DNA of 43,232 nt from Dicyema japonicum (GCA_011109175.1 RDEW01000031.1:722093-765324); one strand, 5' to 3'; shown: positions 1 to 12,600, counted from the first letter of the stretch. The notes: generated by a model not told the origin, from the sequence alone. Program-made: numbers and translations.

Positions 1-156
1 TACCACCGTAACCGTAATAAATTGAGACATTACATATTTCAAAATCAGGTTTGGAAGGATTCCTCACGGAGGATAACAATTAATCGCCAAAGTTACAAAA
101 TTCCCTAATGTTGCAAGGGTAATCTCCGGATACACCTGACAGATCTCTTGGAGCCT
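1..156. repeat. Left arm of a near-perfect inverted repeat pair with 13448-13602
   Basis: The reverse complement of 1-156 matches 13448-13602 with a single 1-nt indel (ctcttggagcct vs aggctccagag). The arm may continue beyond the window start. Confidence 0.95.
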
Positions 157-384
157 ACGCTTTTAATAATTATTTTGCATTTAGCCTCCGGTTCCCTTAA
201 CTTGAAAGGACCGGGGTATATTATAAATATTAAAATATAAAAAAAACTAGTCAATTAAGTAGTTTTTATATCATTCTAAGATAAGTCAGATTCTAAAATA
301 ATTATTGATAATTTCATAATCATGATAGTCACTCCTTTTTAAGAAAGCATATAAAAAACCAATCAGATGAAAAAAGAAGACTAC

Positions 385-1072
385 TTCAGAAATAATCAAT
401 TCGGTTTTCGACCAGGACGGTCATGCGGTGATTGCTTATTTCATCTCAACTCCGAGTTATGCAAAACCAGAGAATCCAAATGTCTCCTGAATGTCATATG
501 TCTCGACATATAAAAATCATCTGACAGTGTTAACCAGAGCCATAATCGGTCAGTTATCTCGGACGGGAAGCACAAAAGAAATAGTGAATTGGGTGAAAGT
601 GTACCTAGAAGGAAGAAAATCGGATGTTAGATGCGGACGCAATTTTTCAAATATGATATTACTGAAGAGAGAAGTCTTACAAGGATCAATTTTATGCCCT
701 CTATTTTATAATGACCGGTTTCCCGTCTACGTTTACACCAAATACGAGATCTCTGATATATGCAGACGACGTGCTGCTGTCTGATGTGTTGAGATCGAGC
801 ATAATCTCAGAGAGGAGATTCAATGTGTACATGGAAAAGACAAAAGACTTGTGCGGTCTTCATGGTTTGAAACTGTCAGAAGAAAAATTTGGTGCAATGA
901 GGTTCTTCGGTCGGAATTGTAAAGGAAATCAGAAAGACTCCGTATGCGGAATCAACATTGTGAGCTACCTGAAGTATCTCGAAACAGCTTTTGAGAAATC
1001 TGGGACCACATTGTGCGATTTTAAACTCAAAAAAAGAAGGCTCACTATGCGATATTATGTATGAGGAAATTG
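385..1072 (+). mobile_element. Degenerate non-LTR retrotransposon RT fragment (family A, Jockey/I-like)
   Basis: Translation across frameshifts and stops: NQFGFRPGRSC, LNVICLDI*KSSDSV, REVLQGSILCPL, LIYADDVLL, YLKYLE. These are RVT_1-type motifs. Confidence 0.85.
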
Positions 1073-1880
1073 GAGGATATCTCACGTGGTAGTCGGTGGA
1101 AGTTATTCGGATGGAATATCGTTTGAAAGAGGAGTGCCATAGGGATCTATTCTTAGCCCCCTGCTATTTAACATATTTATGGAAGACTTTCCGTCTCCGC
1201 AGAACGTCAGAACCAAGCTAATGATTTACACGGACGACATTTTAATCCTGGATTCATCTCTGAAGGCATACATCTCAGAGCGGTAACTAGGAGCGTTTAT
1301 CGACGAAGTCCAAGGTTGGTGCGATCGAGAGGCATGAAACTCTCGACGGAAAAATAGGATAAGCATGCCGGGTAGACATCAGGAGGATCCCTACACTATC
1401 TGTATACCGAGAGTTTCATCATTGAAATACCTGGAGATTTCAGTTGATGGAGAGGATCATACATGAAGGACATCGAAAGGCGAAGGAAGATAGCTTTGCA
1501 AGCACTGTTCTGTACTAGAAGACTGAAACTGGACGATGATTCCATGCTCTTTGTCTTTCTGAATGTGATTCTTCCCAGACTAATGTTTCTATACCCCCTC
1601 GAAAGAAAGGATTCTCGCCCGACTGGAGAAAACACGGCGGGCGGCAATAAAACTAGCCCTCTGGAAGAAATTGTATGATGCACTGAAGCAGGATAAGAGC
1701 AAACTTGTCAGGCCGATCACGGAAGATATTCGAATCAGGACGCTAAATTAAATAGACATCGAATGGATTACTCAGAAAAAGGGTACCGGGATGAAGAGTC
1801 TAGGCTTAACAGGTAGACTTAGTAGTACCTATTTCGTAACATGTTGTTGATTTAATTTTTCATTTCATTTCATTTCCGAA
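1073..1880 (+). mobile_element. 3' part of LINE family B ORF2 and probable 3' UTR, fused to the family A fragment
   Basis: RGVP*GSILSPLLFNIFMEDF, YTDD and SSLKYL motifs. Homologous to 4541-5220. Short (CATTT)3 run at about 1860-1876. Confidence 0.8.
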
Positions 1881-1929
1881 TTGGCTTTGATGTAGAACAT
1901 ATAAGGCTTATTGGCCTATAATTGAGAGG

Positions 1930-4900
1930 ATTCTTCCTCGATTTTCTAGGTTTGAGGATCATCTTCACAAAAATAATTGATTATAATATAATTAAATATG
2001 GTTGTTAGAAGAAAAATAGCAAATTCGAAAGCCACAAAGTTGAAAACCAACAGCTTTATTCGTCCTCCTGGATGTGCTACGGCTGAGTCGTTCACTTTGG
2101 AGCCCTCTAAACTTGAGAACAAGTCAACGACACACAACCACACTGTAGAGTTTAAACCAATGGACGAACAAAAAAGAGCAGATTCTACAGATAACAAGAC
2201 ACTATTGATCACAGTTCACTGTACTATGAGTTCGATAAAATTGCGAATATTCTACATTATTACGATCAATATGGATCTTTGAGGCTGAGCCACAAAAGAC
2301 CGGGCTCCTTCCGACTGGACTTCCGCGACAATAACCACATGGCCGAATATATGGAGGCCATAAATGATACCTGTCCTTTTGGAACTGACAACCACCACTT
2401 CAGAACGCTCATAACGAAACCTTGTGAGATTGTCCTCAGGAACCTCCCTTTCTGGATGAGTGAGAACGACCTCCTTGGTTACCTTCAGGAGATGGCACCT
2501 TCAACCTCGAAAATAACCCAAATGTCAAGAGGATCGCAGCTTATGCCTATGGCGAAGGCCACGGTTAGTAGTAATGTAGAAGCCTCATCGCTGATACGTT
2601 GTGGCTTCTAAATTTGATCGAGCAAGATCCTCTGTGAGTGGATGAAGAGGCCCCCTCCTTTCTGTTACAACTGCGAACGAATCGGTCATATCGCCGCACA
2701 TTGCAAGGATAAGAAAGAGATGCCTCAAGTGTGGAGGGGAACACGATCTTCTTATGTGTGAATTTTCATCGAACGTGGAGACAAATTGTATTAATTGTGG
2801 AGGATCAGGACATAATGCCCGCTACAGAAGATGTCCGGCTATAAGAGAGGCATCCAGGAAAATGATCCCCAGACAGACAGTGTCTAGAAATGAAGCAATC
2901 AAGCCAACAAAAGAGATGAAGTGGACCAATATTTCACATACTCAGGATGGATCGGTGGATCGGAGCGCTACACGTATACATGAGCAGAGCAAGGCAGGAG
3001 TCCCCGAGTCGGTATCTGGGAGCTAAATGAAATTATCGCACGTCTGAACAATCTATGTACACTGCTGAAAGTGGATTTATGGAGTCTGGTGGACCTGGCT
3101 ATGGAGAGCGCAGGCCACCAACAAAAACTATGAAAAGGAATTTGAAAGTAGTGCTGGTGAATGCCCGCTTCCTTGTGAAAAGGCATGATGAACTAGCGCT
3201 ACTTGTGAGGATTGCCAAGGTGGATGTCTTGGTAGTCAACGAAACGAAAATCAAACAAGGAAGAAAGTATAATATGAAAGGATATAACTCGGTGGACATT
3301 CCATGGAAAGATGGAGCAGTGGCTGGAACTAGAACTTCAATCTTTTTTCGTAAGGATGGCAAACACGGAACGACTGTATTGTACTGGCCGACGATTCGGA
3401 ATTGTGTCCGTCGATATTCAATGTGGAGGAACATGGATAAGCGTAGGAGGGCTATACTCTAAGGACTTGGCCCGATCTTCTGCGAAAGTTGTCCAATTTT
3501 TCGAAACAAACCCGATGTCGATCGTGGTAGGAGACCTGAATACTAAAAATACGAGCTACGGATGTTGCAAAAACAACGGGGACGGGCGACTCCTTGCAGA
3601 TCTGGTTAGCGAAATTGGAGTTGAAGTCTTGACGTCTGAGGAACCTAACCATTTCTCATACTATGGCGGTGACATGCTTGGATTGGCCATAGTGTCTCCA
3701 CAGCTCCTGGATCATGTAGACAGACCAAGGTTGTTTTGGGACATAGGGAGTGATCATATCCCTCAGGAAATAACTATAAACCTGGAACCAAACATTGCAG
3801 AAGATATTTTCCTATACTACGATACCTCGTCGATAGACTGGGTTCATTATCGTCATTATTTGTCGGAGACCTTATTAATGAAGACTATTTTTTTCTACAC
3901 CTAATGAGTTGGACGTTTTCAACTGGAACTATCCAAACACTATGCTGATGTATCTACGACTATATGGAAGAAGGTTTACTCGAAGAGCTTTCTGAAGAAC
4001 AAAGATTCTTGCCCACCTTTAATACGGGATCTTATTCGCGAGAGAAATACTCTGAAGGCGAAGCACAGACGATGTGTTTATCTGTGGGACAGGAAAATCC
4101 TGAAATATAGAATTGATGTGATACGAAAAATACTACAAAAAGCTTGGAGAGTAAACACCGAAAATAAATTAAAGAATGCAGCCTCGAAAGTTAATGGAGA
4201 ACCCGTTTCTGGAAAATGTACAGGAGGCTAACAAATGGAATTTAAAAGCAAAAAGCATTGATGGCCGATCAAGAGGGAAGGACAATTCCATTAAAAAAGT
4301 TCCTTCAGTAGTCAGAAATCAACTAGAAAATATACAGGGTGTTGATCCTATTAGTGTTATACATGAAAAATTTTCAGAGGAGATCCCTAATTCAATGGAC
4401 TACTCTATGGAAGATCTGGCAGAAGTCAGAACAGCGATTCGCGACTGCAAAAACAAGGCTCCCGGATTTGATGGCATCCTTATGATTATGTTCAAAGAAA
4501 GATCTGCATAAAGTTCACGATATTATGTATGAGGAAATTGGAGGATATCTCACGTGGTAGTCGGTGGAAGTTATTCGGATGGAATATCGTTTGAAAGAGG
4601 AGTGCCATAGGGATCTATTCTTAGCCCCCTGCTATTTAACATATTTATGGAAGACTTTCCGTCTCCACAGAACGTCAGAACCAAGCTAATGATTTACGCG
4701 GACGACATTTTAATCCTGGATTCATCTCTGAAGGCATACATCTCAGAGCGGTAACTAGGAGCGTTTATCGACGAAGTCCAAGGTTGGTGCGATCGGAGAG
4801 GCATGAAACTCTCGACGGAAAATAGGATAAGCATGCCGGGTAGACATCAGGAGGATCCCTACACTATCTGTATACCGAGAGTTTCATCATTGAAATACCT

Positions 4901-5400
4901 GGGGATTTCAGTCGATGGGAGAGGATCATACCTGAAGGACATCGAAGAAAGAAAGCTTTGCAGGCACTGTTCTGTACTCGAAGGCTGAAGTTGGACGTTG
5001 ATTCCATGTTCTTTGTCTTTCGGAATGTGATTCTTCCGAGACTTATTTACAGGAGCGAGGGATGGTTCTACACCCCCTCGAGAAAAAGGATTCTCGCACG
5101 ATTAGAGAAAACCTTGCAGGCGGCAATCAAACTAGCCCTCGAAAAGAAATTGTATGAAGGTCTGACGGAGGAAGAGAACAAACTTGTCAGGCCGATAACG
5201 GAGGATGTTCGAATCTCCAGAACTCGGCACCAGGGGGACGAAATTGTCTCCTGGTGGAATGAATATATGGTCCTTTTGAATGCTGGTCAGGAATTGACGC
5301 TTCACGAATAAGGTGGCAATCGGCCAATTTAGGTTATGACGTACCTCTGGTACAAGGAATGTGAACTAGATTTCATTTAGATCAGTGGTTTTCAAGAATT
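1930..5400 (+). mobile_element. Nearly full-length, internally deleted Jockey/I-like LINE (ORF1 + APE + RT), inactivated
   Basis: ORF1 1998-3026 has three zinc knuckles (CYNCERIGHIAAHC, CLKCGGEHDLLMC, CINCGGSGHNARYRRC). APE 3130-3900 has VVNET, GDLNTK and GSDH. RT has KAPGFDGI at about 4453, then jumps directly to GVP*GSILSPLLF, YADD and KYLG. Multiple stops and frameshifts. Confidence 0.9.
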
Positions 5401-5800
5401 TTGACCCAATAAATTATTTTATTTGTAGGAGCCGCCATTTTTTTTAAAACTTATTTAATAAAAAAGAAAGCAAAAGTAAATTTATAGCCATTAATCAATT
5501 AGCTCCTTAATAGCAGTTACAATAGAAGATTTCGAGGATACTTTGAGAACAACATTCTTCAGTATTGTAATAGCCTCCTTCAAAATTTCGCTATCAGTAA
5601 TGACTTCATATGCTTTGCATTAAGATGACTAATTCTTGTAGAAGCCATATTAGTAACTTTAGAAGAAGCACCACATTTAAAAAATGAAGATTGTTTGAAT
5701 TAATGAAATTTTAACAAAACAACTATTTTTCTAGAATCGTCTTTATAACAATCATAAATTGATTCGTGCTGTTGATAATGTCTTTTGACGGAGTATGTTT

Positions 5801-5910
5801 TTAAGTGTATCCAGTTTACACTTCTACAGAAACAGAGTTCTTCCGGAATCGGTATAAAAGGTAAGACGTCCATTACATGCAGTTGTGGAAACCCCTCCAG
5901 TGGAGTGGGG
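5801..5910 (-). repeat. SINE-like or LINE-3'-end interspersed repeat, copy 1 (lacks tail)
   Basis: High similarity to 11075-11185 (same orientation) and 12415-12525 (opposite). Shared core aaaaggtaagacgtccattacatgcagttgtggaaacccctccagtggagtg. Confidence 0.85.
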
Positions 5911-6959
5911 AAGATGATAACCAATATAATTCTACGTATATTGCTAATTCTAGTGATAACCTCATTATCCACGTGTCCCCGTTAATAGAAACTCAATAAA
6001 TTTGTCGCCCGATTTTGTCAACCAGCTCTGGATATCAGTTACTGTGCTGCAACAAGAAAAGCATGCGATTATTCGAAACAATATATCTTAGTGATCGAAC
6101 ATCTTTTCATTAGAATGAATTTGTTTAAGAGATCACAAGTAAAGTCTCAGAAGTGGATTATTATGTGATTCCGACCCATCCAGTAGACACATAACATGCC
6201 TCGTTGTTCCTCCCTGTGCACAAATAAACCCTCATGAAAAGGAAACTGATTAGAAAGTAAAATTTAAGAATATAAGTGCAGCTTTATGAAGTTTCCTAGA
6301 GAATTTGTTGAGGAAGAAATGGCACATCTCCAACTGCACGTGGGTTTTGATGGCAGGCACATTGGTTTGAAAGAAATCAGGCACATTTGATTTTCTTCTA
6401 AAAAGTTAAATACCTGATGATAAAGACTGAAAATTGGAAAGAAATTTTCTTGCTTTTAGACATTTGTTTCAGGAATCTTTTTGTAAAGAGAGCAATGCAC
6501 ACGACACGTGGAGTTGTATTGGCTTTACAACCTAGTTGATACTCTTTGAGGTTAAGCTTCGAAAGTTATATTTTCGTCAGTCAAATAGAGTTGCTATTTT
6601 TCTTTTAGGTCTGAGAAAGACATCTATATGGATAGAGGTCACGTGTTTTAGTGTGTGAAATAAGACATAAATGGAACTCAAAGTGTCGCCAGTCGTCTTG
6701 CAATTGAAGCTTACTATTACTAATCATATGTACTGATCTCTTCATTCGCCTTCAAGGCATTCAGTGACATAACGAGTCGACACATGTCTGAAACCTTCAG
6801 CTGTTTGTAGTTCAAAATCTCTCAAGAGAATTCCAGAACATTGTTAGAGATGTACAGCCTTTACATAATGATTGTCCACTCTCTAATTATTATTATTAAA
6901 AGCACTTTCACAAAACCAAAGAACGTTATATTAACTAAAGTTTCGTTTGTTCCACATGT

Positions 6960-7450
6960 TTCAAAATCTGCTTCACTAGACGTCTGCATCTCCCTATGTT
7001 TGCGCATCTGTCCTTAGATCTAGGTCTTCTGCAGATTTAAGCTTTCTTCTAATTTCATTAAGATCCTTGTTCAGAGCCACGGGTAGAGTGACTCTGGGCC
7101 TTCCTCTGAACGATGGGTTTGTTCTCATGTTAAAGTAATTGTCTATTATTATATTTGCAGGGGCGTTTATGCCCATTCTAAGCACGTGCCCAAACAGTCT
7201 CCATCTTGATTCAATAATGTCGATGCTTATTGGCCTCTCTAATTGCGAGGGAAATATACTGAAATAACCAACAACATTCTCGGAAATTTCATGAATTCGA
7301 GATTTTACTTCTGATTTACTCATAAAGGACGAAGGTCAGATCATCGGCAGATTCTCCAAATTTCTTCAATCTTAAGCTGAAAAAGATTTTAACAAAAAGC
7401 CTAGGAGTATACGACAAATTCTTTGTCCAAAACGTCAAGATTCCAGATAC
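6960..7450 (-). mobile_element. RTE-like LINE ORF2 C-terminal fragment
   Basis: ORF 6994-7323 contains RWRLFGHVLRM and RGRPRVT, typical of the RTE-clade C-terminal region. Confidence 0.75.
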
Positions 7451-7800
7451 AGATTGATGTCCGGCCCGAAAGGATGTTCATCAGCCGTTATAATTACCAC
7501 TATTTTTCTACAAAACCATTTAGTCAAAATATTGTTAGTGAAATTATGAAATTGAATTATGTAATAAATTACGTAATATTTTAGTAATAATGATGTTGCA
7601 GTCAATTTGTGTAATCAGTCAATTCACGAAATGACTAATTAGTAATTAGTAATTACTAAGGCGGAACAATAAGACAATTTTTTAGGACATTTTAAAAACA
7701 AATTTATACAATTAGGACATCTAAAGAAAAAAATAGGACAATTATATATTTTTTTATTTTTATTGTAGACGCTGAACGCGTTCCCATCATCGTCAATTGT

Positions 7801-8430
7801 TTTTTGGAACAGGACGCCCTCCGGAGTGGGATTTCTATTCGTCTTGGGATCGACCTGTGCCAGCTTCACCCATGCCGTTGTGGATCTGTTGTGGACTGCA
7901 AAGGACTTTATCCGCTCTCTTACGTCTCGGCAGAAACCGGTTCCAAAGGCGTACAGCTATCAACGGGTTGTGAAGTGCTCTACTGAAGCGACTGGATTTG
8001 GGAGATGGAAAGCACCCAGACAGGATAAATGTCTTCTTCTCTCGAAGGAAATGCTTGATTTGGGTTGGGGCTTTTTCCCAGTCGAGACTTGCTGGTTCCG
8101 CGTTGAAACCTGGGAGGCTGTTCGGACTTTAAAAAATTATAGATAAGAAAAATACGACCAGCCTCTCCAATGATTTCATGTTCAGTCCACTGTTGTCGAT
8201 ACGAGTGGAGTCTTCGGGCCCAAGACGGGCTCTTTTATCAGATCGCTTCGGGTCAATGATTTTGTAAGTTAGCAATGAGCGTCGGGAAAACCGAATGGTT
8301 ATTGCAAAGGATTTCTCTGGCAATTATCAGGAGAAACAACTATCCCATTCTATCAGCTGGATTATATGATTGTCTTGGTTCGTAATAAATTGCTTTCTTC
8401 TAAAAATAAAATAGAATTGTTTATATAAAA
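7801..8430 (+). mobile_element. CRE-like (RLE-type) non-LTR retrotransposon 3' end with A/T tail
   Basis: ALRSGISIRLGIDLCQLHPCRCG, then across frameshifts DGKHPD, VDTSGVFGP and WLLQRISLAIIRRN. This is a cysteine-rich motif followed by a PD..D RLE domain and a CRE-type terminal motif. Confidence 0.7.
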
Positions 8431-9399
8431 TGCTGAAAGGTCGCTATACTTTCTAGACATTCAGTCTTATGTTTTTTATTCAAATGTTGATCGATTTAGA
8501 ATTGTTTGGATGATTTTACTATCTTAGAGCATTTTTGGCAAAATAAATCTCCTTTAGGTGTTCTTGTGAATATGTAATAGTTTTAGAAATTGTTTTGAAA
8601 CTCGTTCCACATTTTGCTTCTGAGATCAAATGGTTTTATAATAATTGAGAAAATAATGTCTAACTGCAATAATTAAGACTTCTAATACACAGCAAAAACA
8701 ATTTATAACGTGTTAATATAAACAGAAATGAAAAAATAGAAACAAATTTAAAAAATAATTATGTCCTTTTTTATGAAAATTCATCTTTGAAATAGGACAT
8801 GATTACTATACAAAGGCTTATAAAGCAACTGGAATTCAAAATTACAGAAATCTAGAAAGCACCTGGTCTGTGTATTGTTAGTAAAATTATGAAATTGAAT
8901 TATGTTAATAAACTACGCAATATTTTAGTAATAATTAATATATAAACAGAGTAGAGAAAATATGAACCGCAAATAGAAATCTCATAATATTGCACATATA
9001 AACAATATTTGGTAATCAACTACCTCAATTCGAAGCAAACATAACAAAAAAATAAAAATAAACAAAAATGGCATTTATAAATGAAAATTGAACATTAATA
9101 TTATTGAAATAAATTTTCTCTACTCAAAATGTTCAAATTCATATTTTATGTTTCGAATTAAATATTGGTTTATTAAACACAGAATCTCTACTGTTTGATA
9201 ATTTCCAAAACATTATTTTATTAACTATGTTTCTTCGCTGTCTTCACAAACCAAACTATTTTCTATTGTTTATTCAAAACTTCATTTCTTCATTAGACAC
9301 TTCTTAAAATAATTTAGGATGAGTTGATATTTTCATCGACAAACCCGATCAGTTCAGCCAGCTTTTATGCATTCACTTATAATTCAATAATGTGAAACC

Positions 9400-9580
9400 T
9401 CACAGTAAATTTCACATTCTCTTCAACCAATCAAATCATTAATAAATTTAACAAAAATTTTATAAAACGAAATTTATTATTTTTTACTCATCGCTTTAAA
9501 ATTGAACTCTTGCATTTATATTTCGTCTCAATCTGACTCAAACAAAAAAATTAACATTTCTCCATGATTTTATTTTCAGA
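9400..9580. repeat. Single-copy homolog of the block triplicated at 20826-21410
   Basis: Shares cagtaaatttcacattct...ttttataaaacg...cttgcattta...aacatttctccatgatt with 20826-21395. Confidence 0.8.
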
Positions 9581-9669
9581 GAACAACATTTTGGATCCAA
9601 AAACTAAATATTGTTTCAGTCCGACACATTTGATTCTGTGTTATTCTTTTTATATCAACGTACTCTACA

Positions 9670-10505
9670 GTCGACAATTAACACTACTTAAAAATAATTC
9701 AAAAATAGCTAATTTATTTCATCAAAAAACAAAAACGAGTTTAACTCTTTTTATACATCCTTCGCTCATCAAATCTTGAGGTACGAGTCGTAATAAAATT
9801 TTCGCTAATTTAAACAAATAATTATAACTTTGAAAATTATATTGGATTTGTAATTTATACATTCTAGGATTGAAATACTATTACAAACAATCCATCCAGA
9901 ATTATGGAGACCGCTGAGAAAATATCCGATCAAAGGAATTTTTAATATTGTTTCAAACTCCATTTTTTCACTCAGTGTTTATAATATATTATTGAGGGGT
10001 AGTCTTAGATCAATGAAACCAAAACCAATCAGTTCAGCAACCGCTGACTTTGTGTGCGAATAAATTGTTTATTGCTATTAATTAAATTATGAAGTAAAAG
10101 ACTGCAGTTTCGCCTTCTTTCTGTATTCAATGAATACGCTCTTCACTTCGTTTCCCTGAGCGGGCTGAAATAATATTTCCGAGTCTTAGTAACTTTAAAA
10201 GTAAAATAATACGTTTTATTATTCATTCTTGTTGAAATCCATTTCCTAAATTAAAAATTAAAATTCTAAAAAGAGTTTAAAAAAGAATCATTGGAATAAA
10301 GGATGATTCGACTCTTCAAGAGATCGGTCCCTTAGAAAATTAAAATTCTATAAAGAGTTAAAAAAAAGAAATCATTGGAAAATAGGATGATTCGACCTCT
10401 TCAGTCAACAATTAACACTACTTAAAAATAATTCAAAAATAGCTAATTTATTTTTCATCAAAACAAAAACGAGTTTGACTCTTTTTTATACATCCTTTGC
10501 TTATC
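9670..10505. repeat. AT-rich local duplications: ~105 bp at 9670-9780 and 10403-10505; ~75 bp tandem at 10250-10402
   Basis: Direct repeats caattaacactacttaaaaataattcaaaaatagctaattta...tatacatcc and attaaaattcta.aaagagtt...ggatgattcga. Confidence 0.85.
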
Positions 10506-11023
10506 TGGCATATTTTCACTATAATCCTTTAGTCTATTCTGACATATTAGATTCCATCAATATCTAGCATATCTGATTTCATCAGTGTATAACGACTTTT
10601 TAAGCATGTCGTTCTGTTACTTCTTTAATGAATAGCATCGAGTTACATATTTCTTTTTAGTTGTTTATTCTAATTTCCTTTTAATTATAACATTGTGAAT
10701 TTTTATAATAGTTTTATATAGTAATCTGGCGTTCCTTATTTTTGTTTTTGTCTCATCATTTATTTCATTCACACAAGTACTTATTTGCAAGCAACCTTTA
10801 GCAGTCAAATAATTCAGATAAGCTTGGAGAGGATTAGTATCCATTACCCATAAAAGTGAACGGTTGGTTTTTACAAATCTTCTGATACCTAGAGAAGAAG
10901 TAAAGTATTGTGAAAGCAGGTATTCTAAGTGTGTCGTAAAATCAAAGAAAACAAATGGACACAGTCGTAGAATCCCTCAATCTAAAGTATAAAGAAACTC
11001 GTTGTCTATTCATATGGAGACTG

Positions 11024-11199
11024 TTTTTTTATTTAACCCCGGATACACCAAGAAAGAGTTAAAGTAAACAACTAATTAAGTGTATCCAGTTTCACTTCTA
11101 CAGAAACAGAGTCCATCCGGAATCAAAATAAAAGGTAAGACGTCCATTACATGCAGTTGTGGAAACCCCTCCAGTGGAGTGGGGGAGAGAAAATGATCC
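11024..11199 (-). repeat. SINE-like repeat copy 2 (complete, with A-rich tail)
   Basis: On the minus strand it ends ...ggtgtatccggggttaaataaaaaaa. 8-bp stem GGATACAC/GTGTATCC at 11041-11048 and 11080-11087. Confidence 0.85.
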
Positions 11200-11264
11200 T
11201 TTTTCATGCCCGGCCTGGCACTGGGCGTCACCTAGACAGGTGGGTCACATGACGCCACTCTAAT

Positions 11265-11302
11265 AGGAAGAGAAGAGGAAGAGGAGAGAAGAGGAAGAGA
11301 CA
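11265..11302. repeat. 38-nt pure purine tract of GAAGAG-like units
   Basis: aggaagagaagaggaagaggagagaagaggaagaga. Confidence 0.9.
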
Positions 11303-11719
11303 AGCTAACAGAAAACTTCAACCAATTAACCAGGCAGCACCACATGGCGCCACGCGGTTTTCACTACGGAGAGTGTTGAGGAAAACGAATCATCTGAAAT
11401 TTGGTTATTTTGGATATGACAGTGATTTTGGTTCAATAAATTAATAATAATAAGTTTGAGATATATAGAAAGGACTCGACTTGATCTTCTGTTATAATTT
11501 TTCGACACAATTTCATGATTCAACTCACATATTCGGCTATGAATTACATTTTGGATAGCGGTTACTGATTCAATTTTTATCTTGCCTCTGTTCCGAGTAT
11601 TATTGAGACCATTTCCCATGCACATGGTTTCATTAAATCTTCTCCGACTGTATGTGGCTTTTTAGACTTTGCGACATTATAGGTCATTTTATAAGAGGCA
11701 AGCAAAATCGTTTATCGGA

Positions 11720-12230
11720 CCATAGATTTGAGACAATAGTGAAGTATGGCTGAAAGCAAAATGGAATCCCCAGGATAAACTTTAAAGGTGATGGATCATG
11801 GCCAAACACTTTTCTGGATATGAGACCCAATGTGTAGATAATACTGGCTATTGACTCAAATTTTACTTGACTCAACGGAATCTTAGTTTTGAGAAGTAGT
11901 AATTTTTTGTCTCAATGGTTGACTAGAATTCACTAGATACACTTTTAGGTGATTGAGTATGCCTCAACTGTTGTCTGGTGTAGGTTACACTACGTGTGGA
12001 CAATACTGGCTATTGATGGACGCTTTACTGGACTTTCCGGAGAATAGATTTGGAAGTTGAGTATGGCTGAGAGGCTTTACTGGACTCCATGGATAACACT
12101 TTTGTGAAGGTGATCGCTTATCTGGTCCAAGAGACACTACATGAAGACAATACTGGAAATGACTCAACGCTTTACTGGACACAAGACCCCACATATGCAC
12201 AATACTGAGTATTGACTACGTTTTACTGAA
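11720..12230. repeat. Highly decayed tandem repeat related to the 165-bp satellite at 29.3-30.6 kb
   Basis: aatactgg recurs at 11840, 12002 and 12149 (spacing 162, 147). ggataacacttttgtgaaggtgat resembles ggataacagttttggaaggtaat, and gttacactacgtgtggacaatactggc resembles gtgacaccacgtgtgcacaatacaggc. Confidence 0.6.
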
Positions 12231-12407
12231 CTATCAATGACCTTAGTTTCTCATCATATTGTTCGTACGCACGCCTTATCTCTTAACTAAATTAGAAATC
12301 TCCAACTGAGTTAGAAATACAGTTAAGAGGCCAAATAAAAGCTTAATTATACTATTTAATTATTTATTTTTTAATTTAAACACGTTTCTACCACTCGTGG
12401 CTACACT

Positions 12408-12600
12408 GGATCATTTGCTCTCCCTCACTCCACTGGAGGGGTTCCACAACTGCATGTAATGGACATCTTACCTTTTATGCTGATTCTGGATGAACTCTGT
12501 AGAAGTTGAAACTGGATACACTTAATTAGTGTTTACTTTAACTTATTTCTCTCGGTGTATCCGAGGTTAATTTTAATTTAATTTAATTAATATTAATAAG
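12408..12600 (+). repeat. SINE-like repeat copy 3 (complete, with TTAAT-like tail)
   Basis: Same core as 11024-11199, in opposite orientation. Stem at 12514-12521 and 12555-12562, followed by ttaattttaatttaatttaattaatattaat. Confidence 0.85.

Noticed and set aside
5383-6400. Possible hAT element: CAGTGGTTTTCAAG terminus and a weak dimerisation-like read (CGASSKVTNMASTRISHLNAKHMKSLL) on the minus strand
   Set aside because: No second TIR, TSD or convincing catalytic motif found.
11346-11358. TGGCGCC as an LTR primer-binding site
   Set aside because: No adjacent LTR end (TG...CA), no paired LTR, and no gag/pol downstream.
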